A stretch of DNA of 64,000 nt from a virus, in IMG/VR virus record IMGVR_UViG_3300021420_000019, positions 37,524 through 101,523 of that record, one strand, 5' to 3'. The position numbers and the translations under genes are program-made. This document shows positions 1 through 9,871 of this stretch, one piece after another; position 1 is the stretch's first letter, and every line of letters starts with the position of its first letter. The notes under the pieces are model-generated. The model saw only the letters and a program-made list of their open reading frames with translations, was not told the origin of the DNA and ran no database searches.

Positions 1-606
1 CTTCGCGTACTCTCTAATCTCAAATTGAGCTTTCTCTGCGTTTCTCAGCGCCAGAAAGTTCATAAGAGACCGAGCGTTGCAGGACCAGTACATTTCGCTA
101 TAGATATTAACAGGTAGAAAGAAACGGGCCTGCTCTTTTGCTACCCCCAAGTCCAAAGCCCATTGATAGTTTTCATAAGCATCATCACAAAAGTCCTGTA
201 ATACTTCATCAAATACCAAAGCTTTATCCGGATCAAAGGATTGATAAGTATAGTGTCCTGGCCTCCCTACTTGTGTCCTGACATTCTCAATTTCTGGAAT
301 ATAAAATTCACCTTTCAATTCAGAATACCTAGCGCTCCACTCGTTAATAGAAACGCCTATCCTATGCCGGTGCCACTCCCGAAACACGAAGATCGGGGCC
401 TTGACTCTAAACCGAAAGAAGTTCTGTTCAAACGGAGTGCCGTGACGGTTCTTCATCAGGAATGCGATCAGCTTATCGTCCCCGACTTCCATTATATCAT
501 GGTGAGCGTTGAACGATACCCGGGCACTGTTCACTACGCTTAAGTCGTCGGCGCAATAGTTTTCGAGGTCTACGAATCCCTTGTCAAGGACTTTAATTTC
601 GCTCAC
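1..606 (-). CDS. thyX: Flavin-dependent thymidylate synthase, 3'-truncated by the window edge
   Basis: Manual translation from GTG at 606: MSEIKVLDKGFVDL...VVNSARVS...NRHGTPFEQ...APIFVFREWHRHRIGVSINEWSARY...EQARFFLP...NARSLMNFLALR...AQFEIREYAK. This contains the ThyX RHR...S-ARY signature. Start overlaps the prim-pol stop. Confidence 0.95.
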   Translation of the reverse strand, partial: MSEIKVLDKGFVDLENYCADDLSVVNSARVSFNAHHDIMEVGDDKLIAFLMKNRHGTPFEQNFFRFRVKAPIFVFREWHRHRIGVSINEWSARYSELKGEFYIPEIENVRTQVGRPGHYTYQSFDPDKALVFDEVLQDFCDDAYENYQWALDLGVAKEQARFFLPVNIYSEMYWSCNARSLMNFLALRNAEKAQFEIREYAK

Positions 607-2639
607 TCATCCTCCTCTGGTAAACGAAGTAACACCACCTGCTTCGGGCTGCTCTTTGTCCCCTGCCCATCCTCCGCTATCCACCCGCCTTGGATCAGTC
701 CCACGTACACCTGCCTCCACAAACTTGTTCCGTGTCTCTCGGGATGCAAGACCCGGTTAAGGTCTCGCTGTAGCATAGCGCCGCCGTTCCTTTGAAGCAA
801 TTGAATAATTTCTGCTTGAATGGAGCCCTCTCGCGTGGTCGTCTCGGGCACATATAGATAGCGCTTCACCGCTAGCTCATATTTTGCAATCGCGTACGCC
901 CTTTCAAGAATATCGTCGTCTATACTGTCTCGTCCGATATCTATAGCAAGGGCCAGGGCCCACTTTTCCGCTCTCTGTTCGACCCTATTGTTAATTTCTG
1001 ACAGGTGATCCAATCTAGTCGTATCCCCATCGATAGAGTAAACTGACTTTTGCACAGCTTTGTCAATCCGTTGCCTTGTGATTACCGCAGCGTCCTTTGT
1101 ATTCACCAAAACTTGAGGCACGGACTTCGGGAGAATCTCTGGCTGAAAAATGTATACGAACCGCTCATCGTTGCCTTGGGCCGAAGTGATAATCGGGCTC
1201 ATGGTCTGCACGAAGTTCTTATCCGTTGTCGCGGCTATCAAGCTCGCGCAGTATGTCTTCGGCTGGTGAGAGTACTGCTCCTTCTTCGATTTAACTGTGT
1301 TAGCGAATAGCCCGCTCTCGTACATGGTAGACAGTGCCTGCCCTAAACTGCTCCCCTCGATTGACGCCTTCTTAGACAGCGTCGCTAGCTCATCGAAAAA
1401 CAAGATAGAGTTTTTGCAATTTGTTCTGGACATTTCTATTCCGATCCCCTCGGGCGATCCCGCCGTCCAGATCAAACTTTTGCCTTCCGCGTTCCTGGTT
1501 CCCTGGTGCGCGTAGTCCACGATACCCGCGTGATTCAAGTACTCCACAGCGTCTTGGATAGACGAACTCTTGAACAGCCTTCCCTTTCTAGCAACCAGGA
1601 CGAGATACATAGACGGAATCAAACCCTTGTACTCAATGCGTACTTTGGTTCCGACGTAATTAAGAAGGATAGTTAGCGCGGGGAGCATCATAAATTCTGC
1701 CCTGCGGCTCGGATTCTTCTCACAGATCGGACGAGCGAAGCCCTCGTACATAGAACATCCCGAAAATAACCACTTTGAATCAGGGAACGTAGGGTATGGG
1801 ACTGCCTTGACGATTGGCCTCTCTATCGGCTCTGGCTGTGGTGCGGGCTGGCCGAGAGGAACGCCGCCCATGATTACCGGAGCTGGTTCTTTAACCTCGT
1901 ATCGGCAGACTGAGTGCGCAATCTTTCTGGCCATCTCTCGATAGTCAGAACCGTAATTCTCGCAGCGCTTCTCACATACTTCCACAAGCGCACTATAGAT
2001 AGCTTCCTCTTCTAATCCGTCTTGACGAAGTTTTCCACCGATGCGGGTAAGAGTGATATCATGTGACCCACGGGGGATTTTAGGGCCGTCTGTACTCGCG
2101 GTAATCTTTTCTTCCGCGTTCTTTCGCGACAGGCACCACTGAACCAACCACGGCGGAGTATCCGCTACCTCTGCCGCTGATACTATCTCGTATTTTCTAC
2201 CGGATGTTGGGTGCTCGGAGCCAGCGCTGACGGCGTACCTTGCATCGGCCCGTGCGCTCCACAACTCTCCTTGATCGTCCTTAGCTTGACAGTTCCCCAT
2301 AGCTATAGATAATTCGCTATGCTTGAACCAAAAGTGCCCTTTTCCCGGGGAACTTCGAACCACTAAAGTGTTCGGAAAAGTTTGCCCTGTTTGCTGTTCG
2401 ATCTCTTTGTGCAGATTAGGGCGGTCCACCTCGAAGACCCAAAACCCACCGAGTTTAGCTAATGCGACGGACGCAGCGTTCGCATCTGGCATCTCTTCAG
2501 ACCACTTTTGAAGGGTTTGTAAATCCGTGGTAGCTCGGGTGGGCCAATCAGTTTCGAAGGCGATCTTAGTCTTAGGGCGTAGGCGTATCTGTGGTATTCC
2601 ACGCTCTGCTAAAGGTTTCGCGATGTCGAAGAATGTCAT
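603..2639 (-). CDS. Bifunctional DNA primase-polymerase with PriCT and C-terminal DUF3987-like domain
   Basis: N-terminal prim-pol motifs (WVFEVD, VRSSPGKGHFWF, SEHPTSGRKY); PriCT-like IPRGSHDITLTRIGGKLR; C-terminal GSPEGIG...LFFDEL. Confidence 0.8.
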   Translation of the reverse strand: MTFFDIAKPLAERGIPQIRLRPKTKIAFETDWPTRATTDLQTLQKWSEEMPDANAASVALAKLGGFWVFEVDRPNLHKEIEQQTGQTFPNTLVVRSSPGKGHFWFKHSELSIAMGNCQAKDDQGELWSARADARYAVSAGSEHPTSGRKYEIVSAAEVADTPPWLVQWCLSRKNAEEKITASTDGPKIPRGSHDITLTRIGGKLRQDGLEEEAIYSALVEVCEKRCENYGSDYREMARKIAHSVCRYEVKEPAPVIMGGVPLGQPAPQPEPIERPIVKAVPYPTFPDSKWLFSGCSMYEGFARPICEKNPSRRAEFMMLPALTILLNYVGTKVRIEYKGLIPSMYLVLVARKGRLFKSSSIQDAVEYLNHAGIVDYAHQGTRNAEGKSLIWTAGSPEGIGIEMSRTNCKNSILFFDELATLSKKASIEGSSLGQALSTMYESGLFANTVKSKKEQYSHQPKTYCASLIAATTDKNFVQTMSPIITSAQGNDERFVYIFQPEILPKSVPQVLVNTKDAAVITRQRIDKAVQKSVYSIDGDTTRLDHLSEINNRVEQRAEKWALALAIDIGRDSIDDDILERAYAIAKYELAVKRYLYVPETTTREGSIQAEIIQLLQRNGGAMLQRDLNRVLHPERHGTSLWRQVYVGLIQGGWIAEDGQGTKSSPKQVVLLRLPEEDE

Positions 2640-2710
2640 TAGTCCTCTAGAAAGGTAGAATAGCAGGTCTCTCCCTGCTAGTCACGCCTAATCGTGGCGT
2701 TCCGGTTAAA

Positions 2711-3280
2711 TTAGAACTTAATCGTTCCGCCTTGCGCGTTCGCGGGCTGAAACTGCGTGGTCTGTGCCTGTTGCGCTGTCTGGGGCGGCTGTGCGTAGGT
2801 CTGTACGGGCTGGCCCTGTGGGCCCGCTGTGGTCTGTGTGCGAAACTTCACGCGAACGTAGTCCGCCGGAACAGGCAGAACAAAGCCTGCGGGAGCGGGG
2901 ACGATCCCCATGATATTCGCGTAGTCCTTCAGCCCGTCCGGGCTCTTCTCGCGACTAATGAAGAGTTGACGAACTTGACCGATCAAAGTCTCGGGATCAA
3001 GTGTCGGCAGCGGAGGATTTCCAAGGATCATCTTTACAGTCTTGTACAGATTTCCCTTCTCGTGCCATGAGGACGCGTTGAGCTTCTGACTCCAGACTTG
3101 AAGCGGCTTCCCGTCTTTGCCCACTGTTGCTAGGCTCCAGATGAATCGAATAGCCGGGTACGACTTTGCTTGACCGTTGAACGTGCTGGTAATAATACCA
3201 AGATCGACCACATCGACAATTACACCGATATGGGGTCCGGCCTCCGGTTTTTCAAATTGCTTTGCTTGAGGTATTAACAT
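2711..3280 (-). CDS. Probable phage single-stranded DNA-binding protein
   Basis: beta-rich core, flexible Q/P tail ending in F, position next to the primase gene. Confidence 0.5.
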   Translation of the reverse strand: MLIPQAKQFEKPEAGPHIGVIVDVVDLGIITSTFNGQAKSYPAIRFIWSLATVGKDGKPLQVWSQKLNASSWHEKGNLYKTVKMILGNPPLPTLDPETLIGQVRQLFISREKSPDGLKDYANIMGIVPAPAGFVLPVPADYVRVKFRTQTTAGPQGQPVQTYAQPPQTAQQAQTTQFQPANAQGGTIKF

Positions 3281-3301
3281 TGTTTTTCTCCTTTTTAGTT
3301 T

Positions 3302-3811
3302 TTAGTTTTGAACTTCTACTTCTGTTTCCACGCCAAAAATGTCGTCCTCACGAAGGACAAGGTAGTGAGTTAGTCCCACCAAAACCTCGGCTCCTGAGAA
3401 CTTTCCGAACACTACTTTGTCTCCTACATTGATCCCTGGTTTCTGTAAAGTCCCATTGACCCACTTGCCTGGCCCAACTGCCTTGACTATTCCCTTCGCT
3501 GGCTTCTCTTTTCCTTCATCGGGAATGAATAAGCCGTTGACTTGGTCTAACTCTTCATATCTAGTTACCCAGATACGATCTTGAACCGCTCGAACTCCTA
3601 CAGATTCAGGCTCGAGCTTCACATCTAGCTTTGCAACTTCAGCTAGAGCCTGCTCCTGCAACGCGAGACGATCTGCTTCGGACATCGCATTAAGTTTACG
3701 GAGACTCTCTTCACCAAACATCTCGATCCATTTGGCATCACTTACTGTTGCCGGATTAAATTGGGCACTTGACGCGCCCCTTGCGAGCTTATCGCCACCA
3801 CCTAGGCTCAT
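3302..3811 (-). CDS. groES: GroES/Cpn10 co-chaperonin with ~70-aa N-terminal extension
   Basis: VRAVQDRIWV...GLFIPDEGKEKPAKGIVKAVGPG...VGDKVVFGKFSGAEV...LVLREDDIFGV. Confidence 0.92.
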   Translation of the reverse strand: MSLGGGDKLARGASSAQFNPATVSDAKWIEMFGEESLRKLNAMSEADRLALQEQALAEVAKLDVKLEPESVGVRAVQDRIWVTRYEELDQVNGLFIPDEGKEKPAKGIVKAVGPGKWVNGTLQKPGINVGDKVVFGKFSGAEVLVGLTHYLVLREDDIFGVETEVEVQN

Positions 3812-3996
3812 GATTTGTAAACTCCCGTAATTTCAAAATTGCCGTCGAGATATTCGCCATCTATGGTTATAAAATCTTGTTCTTTAAGAGAAGACGATTT
3901 TTGAATGGCCTCTTCTAGGCTCGTGGCTTGAACTTCTATAGATACATCTACTTCGACCTTCGCCATCACTTGATAAGTTTTTATCTTTGTTGACAT
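3808..3996 (-). CDS. Hypothetical protein
   Basis: Start and stop overlap both neighbours in the operon. Confidence 0.7.
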   Translation of the reverse strand: MSTKIKTYQVMAKVEVDVSIEVQATSLEEAIQKSSSLKEQDFITIDGEYLDGNFEITGVYKS

Positions 3997-4712
3997 TAGT
4001 TTAACTCCTCCTCGTTTAGGTCTTTGTCAATTGCTACCGGAAACTGAAACTGCTGCATAACTTCGTCCACATCTATCGACTTCACAGGTCTCCACCAAAC
4101 TTTAAAATTGGGATTCCACCTGAAACGTGCCCGTTTTACTATATCGTTCTGGCTACGATCCGCCAGGCTACGCAAGACTACCACAGGTGACTGCGATCTG
4201 TCAAGCAGTAATTGTGGATCATACTTCTCCGCGATAGCGAGCACGGTCTGGGCATCCGCAAGGGCGCTATGCGGGAACAGGTTCAAGATGCCGTGATCTG
4301 CCGCCGTATGACTCAATTTGCCTACAGGCACGGCCCAGGGCAGGTCTGCGTAGAGATCGATCCACGGTCTCACGGGTAGTTCACGTCCCGCACGCTTAGC
4401 CCAGTTGTCTAAAATCTTCTTGTCGAAGCGTCTTGTGTTGTAACCCAACGTGGCATCACAATTTTCTAGCATGTCGATAACGATATCCAGAATAGCATCG
4501 GACTCGTATCCAAATCTGTCTACTGCCGCTTGATGGATACCTGTTATCTTCGTTATCTCTGGCGTGATCGGGACATCCGCCTTAACGAGCACGCCGATAT
4601 TGTCTAGACATTTCTTTTGCGATGTACTATAGAGCACCCCGCCAAATTCGATGACGCGATCATTGATCGTATCGAGGCCCGTTGTTTCGCAGTCCAGTGA
4701 GCAAAAAATCAT
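3996..4712 (-). CDS. DEDDh 3'-5' exonuclease (DnaQ-like)
   Basis: LDCETTG, GYNTRRFD, HSALAD motifs. Confidence 0.9.
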   Translation of the reverse strand: MIFCSLDCETTGLDTINDRVIEFGGVLYSTSQKKCLDNIGVLVKADVPITPEITKITGIHQAAVDRFGYESDAILDIVIDMLENCDATLGYNTRRFDKKILDNWAKRAGRELPVRPWIDLYADLPWAVPVGKLSHTAADHGILNLFPHSALADAQTVLAIAEKYDPQLLLDRSQSPVVVLRSLADRSQNDIVKRARFRWNPNFKVWWRPVKSIDVDEVMQQFQFPVAIDKDLNEEELN

Positions 4713-5078
4713 CTAGTTCACCACATCCGTTGACTTCACGGGCTTACGGTCGATTGGAATCAAATTATCTTGAGTAGTTACCAGTGGGTCCGCGATCAAT
4801 TTAACGGAAACAGACATGTGCGTTAGCAGAGACCAATTGACAAAAATTCTCCGATCAAACGTAACAACCCCGCTTGGTAGCGGCTCATCCGGGTCCTTAA
4901 GTACAATGAGTCCGGCGCTGCTAACTAACTTGATAAATTTATCGTTCACAAGATACTGTAGCTGGGCTATGCTCTCCACGTTCTCGAAGGTCTCCTGCAC
5001 ATGAACTTCATGCGGGAAGTTCTCGGGACGCCTGCGCTCGTCTACGTAAGCCGTGAAATCCACAAAATAACTAGACAT
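4713..5078 (-). CDS. Hypothetical protein
   Basis: Tightly packed ORF in the operon. Confidence 0.7.
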   Translation of the reverse strand: MSSYFVDFTAYVDERRRPENFPHEVHVQETFENVESIAQLQYLVNDKFIKLVSSAGLIVLKDPDEPLPSGVVTFDRRIFVNWSLLTHMSVSVKLIADPLVTTQDNLIPIDRKPVKSTDVVN

Positions 5079-5358
5079 CGGTCACCTTTTCTATCCTTGG
5101 AAGTGCTTCATCTTGAGTCATCAACATTAATTGAATAGAACCAAAAGCGGGTATCTCATGAATCTGTTGCTTCTTATCGAACTGATACACCCGCACTGTG
5201 CTATCACTGAAGCTACGTATGGTCAACATACGTTGTGCTATGTATGGGTTCCCTGGATTCGGACGGGCCTGAATCTGCACCTCGACTTGGTTCTCGACGC
5301 ACATCTGGTTGAACTCTTCCGATACCAGGGTCTTCCCGTTGGGGCCGTCGAATAGCAT
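5071..5358 (-). CDS. Hypothetical protein
   Basis: Overlapping start/stop with neighbours. Confidence 0.7.
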   Translation of the reverse strand: MLFDGPNGKTLVSEEFNQMCVENQVEVQIQARPNPGNPYIAQRMLTIRSFSDSTVRVYQFDKKQQIHEIPAFGSIQLMLMTQDEALPRIEKVTDV

Positions 5359-5555
5359 TAAATATTCTCGGATAAATCAGTTATCTTAGTAACCTTTTCT
5401 TGCACCGGCACCAACTTCAAGGTCGGTCCGAATGAATTAGCTATTACTCGAAACTGCTGCGCCACCGCTGGACATTCAAGCATAGGATCATCAAGACTGA
5501 AGTCCAGCCTTACAATAACGAGCAAATCGTCTCCGTCTTTTACGTAGACTTTCAT
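5358..5555 (-). CDS. Hypothetical protein
   Basis: Overlapping start/stop with neighbours. Confidence 0.65.
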   Translation of the reverse strand: MKVYVKDGDDLLVIVRLDFSLDDPMLECPAVAQQFRVIANSFGPTLKLVPVQEKVTKITDLSENI

Positions 5556-5890
5556 GATAGTGTCACTGGTCCGCCGGACTTCAGTGCTGCGGTAGCCTGC
5601 TGAGCCTTTAACGCTGCCTCTGCCGCTAGCTGTGCGGCATTAGGACCTGTCGCCTGGACGATGACCTGCTTGTTAAATACACCGCTCCCTACCGCCTTCG
5701 CGTTGCACTCATCTCCGCAGTATACAAACTTGCGGTCGTCCATAGTCTGGACAGTTCGAAGCGAGTTAAGCCAAGGGTTGGCTTGAAAGGCCTCTACCTG
5801 GCCCTCTTGGGTCTGCGGGAACGTGGCGGTCTTTCCACATCCCGGGTTATCACAGCTTAAAGTTACGAACGAAGAAATTATGGCGCTCAA
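5552..5890 (-). CDS. Hypothetical Zn-finger protein
   Basis: CDNPGC...CGDEC. Confidence 0.7.
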   Translation of the reverse strand: MSAIISSFVTLSCDNPGCGKTATFPQTQEGQVEAFQANPWLNSLRTVQTMDDRKFVYCGDECNAKAVGSGVFNKQVIVQATGPNAAQLAAEAALKAQQATAALKSGGPVTLS

Positions 5891-6456
5891 TTGATTCTCC
5901 TTTTATACAACTTTTCAAAACGGTTTAGGAACATTTCCTTTGCTTGGGCCGGGGTCCACTGCTCGATCTTAATACCGTTGCTCTTAAAGCCTTCCCACTC
6001 CTCTGCTTCTTCAAATGTACAGTTCATTATCTGGCGCTTCTCCTCGAAAAGCATGCTGTTGTCCGCTAACTTTACTGATTCGGGTTCCACAACTGAAAAA
6101 CCAAATCGATCCGCAATCGCTCCCTGTACTACAGATTCTAGCTTCCGATAGATACTTCCAGCTTCTGTGAAGTGCTTCAACGGCCTAGAAAGATCAGAGA
6201 GGTAGGACTCCGAGGCGTCGTGCATTAAGCGATCAAAGGCCTCGGAATCGGGACCTAAGAAACTACAATAATAACTATGCTGCGAAATTGAATAAAAATG
6301 TTTTGCGTGGCCTGTCCACCTGCATTGATTTGACAAAGAATGCGCTATGTCAATAATGTCAATGTCCTCAAGTCGAGGCTCTAGTAAGAAAAACTTCTTA
6401 CCTGTATATGTACAGATGTAGGCCTTCTCAATATCGTTGCCTTTTTTATCTATCAT
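5887..6456 (-). CDS. HD-domain phosphohydrolase (YfbR/YfdR-like 5'-deoxynucleotidase)
   Basis: DIAHSLSNQCRWTGH...YSISQHS...LMHDASESYLSD...VKLAD. Confidence 0.9.
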   Translation of the reverse strand: MIDKKGNDIEKAYICTYTGKKFFLLEPRLEDIDIIDIAHSLSNQCRWTGHAKHFYSISQHSYYCSFLGPDSEAFDRLMHDASESYLSDLSRPLKHFTEAGSIYRKLESVVQGAIADRFGFSVVEPESVKLADNSMLFEEKRQIMNCTFEEAEEWEGFKSNGIKIEQWTPAQAKEMFLNRFEKLYKRRIN

Positions 6457-6710
6457 TTCTTTTCCAATCCGCCGCTAATTCCGCTCATTCCTGCACATAT
6501 CGGACAAGGCACCGACTTGCGCTCTGGGTTCAAATCGACTACGTCCCAGTAGTGTTCGCGGTCACAGTGCATAACCCCGTTGACTGATGCCTGCGGCTTG
6601 TAGTCCTTGCGTTTCTTGGGCTCAGTCATCTTCTGTAGCCTCTCGAATAAATTCGATCTCCTCGAATGGGACAAACACTTCCTTAGTTCTATATACGGTT
6701 GGATATCCAC
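6453..6710 (-). CDS. Small hypothetical protein (true start probably the downstream MTEPKK)
   Basis: HCDREH...CPIC; coupled to the HD gene. Confidence 0.55.
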   Translation of the reverse strand: MDIQPYIELRKCLSHSRRSNLFERLQKMTEPKKRKDYKPQASVNGVMHCDREHYWDVVDLNPERKSVPCPICAGMSGISGGLEKK

Positions 6711-6828
6711 CGAGTCCGCGAATATGACTTAAAATTAATAATAAAGCGTTTGGGCCAACTGCGCCTGGGTTCATCTTATAAATAGTGTTAAAGTCCCCGG
6801 ATTTTGATTGAATATAGATATTCATCAT
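6622..6828 (-). CDS. Hypothetical protein
   Basis: Start overlaps the kinase stop. Confidence 0.6.
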   Translation of the reverse strand: MMNIYIQSKSGDFNTIYKMNPGAVGPNALLLILSHIRGLGGYPTVYRTKEVFVPFEEIEFIREATEDD

Positions 6829-7508
6829 TTGCTGAGTCCTCTTAAGTACTCCGCCAGCGTGATAGCTTGTTCGCCGAGTAGTGCCTCGTGTCCCTCTGAA
6901 TTAATCAATCGGAAATCAAAATTATAAAAATCTAGCGCGGTCTCTGATGGGTGATTGCTAGGGCGATCTGTTGCGTGATACTGTGTTCCGTCTTCTTGTA
7001 TTCTGGTCACCTTGACGTTATAACCGCCGCGTTGCTTGATACCGGCTGCCTCATTAGGAAAACGAACGTCGGTCACCAGCGCTATATCTAAGTTAGACGA
7101 GATGCTCGCGAATAACTTCTTGACCCAATAGTCTGGGTCCTGGGCTCTCCTGAATTCAGTTCCCCACCATTGAAGCAACTTCGGATGCTTGCCGTATGGC
7201 GCTAGCTCTGAGACCTCTGGGTTCGGATCGGGCTGAACCCATTCTGGCAAATTAAGAATGTGCGCGAATGTCTCTCTGCGATTCTCTCGGGCTAACCAAC
7301 GCTTACCTGTATCGGATACGAGAAACTCGTTCACTTCCTGGTATAGCGCGGTTGCGAACTTAAAGACTCCTACATTAACCCCGCGCCATACTCGCTGATA
7401 ACTGTGAGGCCTGCAACGTTCATTGAGTCGATCATAATGGTCAAGGATCGCTTCCGCAGCGGTATCCTTGCCCTGGCGTGCGCGATTTCCTAGCCCGATT
7501 AATAGCAT
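6825..7508 (-). CDS. Deoxynucleoside monophosphate kinase (T4 gp1-like)
   Basis: IGLGNRARQGKDTAA P-loop; LLQWWGTEFRR; TDVRFPNE; HPSE. Confidence 0.9.
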   Translation of the reverse strand: MLLIGLGNRARQGKDTAAEAILDHYDRLNERCRPHSYQRVWRGVNVGVFKFATALYQEVNEFLVSDTGKRWLARENRRETFAHILNLPEWVQPDPNPEVSELAPYGKHPKLLQWWGTEFRRAQDPDYWVKKLFASISSNLDIALVTDVRFPNEAAGIKQRGGYNVKVTRIQEDGTQYHATDRPSNHPSETALDFYNFDFRLINSEGHEALLGEQAITLAEYLRGLSK

Positions 7509-8251
7509 TAGTCTATCACCTTTGCCGGGCCGCTATACCACCCAAAACAACTGAGACACTGCCAGCGCTGTTTCTGTCGAAGGGCTGTATACTCGAATCC
7601 ACGGCGCTGTACTTTGTCTGAGCCGCACTTTGGGCACGCTTGGCGCTCTCCGCGATTAACGTTAGCGTGATTTGTTGCCCAGGGACGCAAGGCATAGTAC
7701 ACTTTTTCAAGAAGCGCCGTATCTTGCGCGTTATAGCGGCACATTAATTTCCAAGCCTTCGGGTCTCCCGCCATGCAACTCAACCAGAGGTGTATGCCTG
7801 TGTTAGGGAGTTTTCTGCCTACGCCCAAATAATTTCCGAGATCATCCAATTTATTTGAATCGAAGCGAAATGCCTTACGGGCTATCCTCAATGTATCAAC
7901 GGTTTTAAACGGACTGGGCGGAGGGAGCCCGTGAGTTACAAATCGTGTAAAGGCCTTGCGAACGTCAAAGGAATTTCCATTATGAGCTACCAAAATATCA
8001 GCTTCATCAAATATTTTCCAAAGATCATTAACAAGTAGCTCATCATTTTCTAAATCTTTCTTATATCCTGGGTAGTCCGCGAGACACTTAGTGTGAATTT
8101 TGGATTCGCCCATAACTTTATAAGCATAGCTAAGAAGGAACCAATCCTTTTTATATGCCACGATTGACGTTTCCCACTTGGGTCCCCAAGAAAATCCTAG
8201 CGAGGGGGCCGTCTCCAAATCGACAAAAATTATTTTTGCTTTCTCAGTCAT
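7508..8251 (-). CDS. RNase H-like (RNase_H_2/YprB-type) exonuclease with C-terminal Zn ribbon
   Basis: VDLETAP, AHNGNSFD, KLDDL, YNAQD; CPKC...CLSC. Confidence 0.85.
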   Translation of the reverse strand: MTEKAKIIFVDLETAPSLGFSWGPKWETSIVAYKKDWFLLSYAYKVMGESKIHTKCLADYPGYKKDLENDELLVNDLWKIFDEADILVAHNGNSFDVRKAFTRFVTHGLPPPSPFKTVDTLRIARKAFRFDSNKLDDLGNYLGVGRKLPNTGIHLWLSCMAGDPKAWKLMCRYNAQDTALLEKVYYALRPWATNHANVNRGERQACPKCGSDKVQRRGFEYTALRQKQRWQCLSCFGWYSGPAKVID

Positions 8252-8694
8252 GGTATCCTCAAATCTTTCGCTGGATTATGCGGACAAAATCCGCCATTAA
8301 TTCTCTTACCCCACTGGCAATTAAAGCACAAAGTTTGTAATCCGATAGGAAAACCATCCTTAACTATTGTTCTATATTGCAAATTCTTAATTCCGCCCCT
8401 TCTCTTTTTATCTTCTGTTGCATCATCTTTGATGTGGTCTAGAGACAAAAAACTTAACTCTTTAGTTCCGCAACAAACACAACCACTGTCCACACCGTAG
8501 TGCTCGATGCAAATTCTTTTCAATTCGAGCCGCCTACTCTTGATGTGGTCCGCATGAGTCGCGGCATACCTCGCGGAGATTTCCTTCTTCTTATCCGCAT
8601 TATTTCTATACCACTCTTTAGAACGCCTATCGTGTTCTTCTTTATTGTCTTGATAATACTTAGCCCTATAAGCCTTCTTCTCTTCCTTTGTCAT
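8248..8694 (-). CDS. HNH-like endonuclease
   Basis: CVCCG...LSLDHI...QTLCFNCQ; basic N-terminal helix. Confidence 0.75.
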   Translation of the reverse strand: MTKEEKKAYRAKYYQDNKEEHDRRSKEWYRNNADKKKEISARYAATHADHIKSRRLELKRICIEHYGVDSGCVCCGTKELSFLSLDHIKDDATEDKKRRGGIKNLQYRTIVKDGFPIGLQTLCFNCQWGKRINGGFCPHNPAKDLRIP

Positions 8695-9378
8695 CTATGG
8701 TTTACCCGCCCACACTCTTATTGCCTCTGTGCCGACTGAGCCGACAATAATACCGACTTTAAATCCGCGGAACCAGGAACGCTTTGCTTTCGCTTTTTCA
8801 AGTTTAACATCGGCCTCGCGGCTCGCTTTCTCGTCAACAATCTGTTTATTCAATCCTACAATCAGACTATCTTGTGCGCCGATTATACCGTCGTCTGTTA
8901 TCAGTTTCGCGCTTAAATCTGACACTTGAAGCTTCAATGCGGGAATCTCTTCCAGTGCCTGCACGGTCTGAGTCGCGGCCTCTGGAGTGATCGTGTCCGT
9001 GTTTCCGTTCGACTGTACCGCTCCCGGCTTCAAAGGCAGCAGCAACTTCCAGCGATCTAATATCTGCTGCTGTGTAGCTTGAGAGTCTATCTGTTGTTGC
9101 TTCGCTAAACCAGAGATAGCTGTCTTGATCTCTTGATCTATCACCAAATTATGTTGCTCGCTGTCCGCTTTTAACTGCGCGATCTGGTCCGTTAAGGTCT
9201 TATTCGCGTTGGTATCTGTTACAACCTGACTGGCGGCCTGCTGCGCTTTATGGTCATCGTAGCGAACGAACATATTCTCGATGCCCTGCCCGGCGCGGAA
9301 CAGAACGAACGCGACAATGCAGATGACAATTAAGCGCTCATGAGCCTTGATAAACGTGATCCATTTTTCTAGTGTCAT
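8695..9378 (-). CDS. Membrane-anchored coiled-coil protein (spanin/Rz-like?)
   Basis: N-terminal TM segment, coiled coil, C-terminal hydrophobic segment; start moved to MTLEKW. Confidence 0.5.
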   Translation of the reverse strand: MTLEKWITFIKAHERLIVICIVAFVLFRAGQGIENMFVRYDDHKAQQAASQVVTDTNANKTLTDQIAQLKADSEQHNLVIDQEIKTAISGLAKQQQIDSQATQQQILDRWKLLLPLKPGAVQSNGNTDTITPEAATQTVQALEEIPALKLQVSDLSAKLITDDGIIGAQDSLIVGLNKQIVDEKASREADVKLEKAKAKRSWFRGFKVGIIVGSVGTEAIRVWAGKP

Positions 9379-9383
9379 ATTCC

Positions 9384-9821
9384 TCAATTGTAGTCCGGAT
9401 ACTGCCGAAGTTTCTTCTTGGCCCACTTTCGATATTCTATAGTTCCGATTCTGCCAGCGTATCCGAATGCCTCACGTCCTAGGGCTTTAACCGCTGGCGG
9501 GCTATCCAAGTACAACGCAAGTTGAGTCAGCACGCGAATTATACTCAGCCCTTCAACCTTATGGAGACCATACCGGGTAAATGCGTTCTCTATCTTTCCT
9601 AAAAGAGAATTACAAGAGGCGCATAAAAGACCTCGAAATAGGCCGCTAGCATGGTCATGTTCAGTTGCCAGCCTCTTTCCAGTAGACTTTCTGCCGCAGC
9701 AAAAACATACGCCGCCCTGATAATTAAACACCTTACCCCACTCTGCGGGGGTTATATCAAATGCTACCCAAAGGTGCTTCTCTCTTCGTTTCTCAGTCGC
9801 GCTAACCATCAAATTCGTCAT
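9384..9821 (-). CDS. Endonuclease VII-family protein
   Basis: QGGVCFCC...EHDHASGLFRGLLCASCNSLLG; start moved to ATG 9821. Confidence 0.85.
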   Translation of the reverse strand: MTNLMVSATEKRREKHLWVAFDITPAEWGKVFNYQGGVCFCCGRKSTGKRLATEHDHASGLFRGLLCASCNSLLGKIENAFTRYGLHKVEGLSIIRVLTQLALYLDSPPAVKALGREAFGYAGRIGTIEYRKWAKKKLRQYPDYN

Positions 9822-9871
9822 TTCTCTTAAATACCCCTCAAGAGTAGGCCGTATCCCCACGGCAATAAACG

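Noticed and set aside
241-543. Plus-strand 100-aa ORF in the track
   Set aside because: It is antisense to thyX, which carries the clear catalytic motifs
5887-6456. HD hydrolase as DatZ of a 2-aminoadenine (Z-genome) pathway
   Set aside because: No purZ/mazZ or other base-modification gene is visible; it fits the ordinary YfbR/YfdR type
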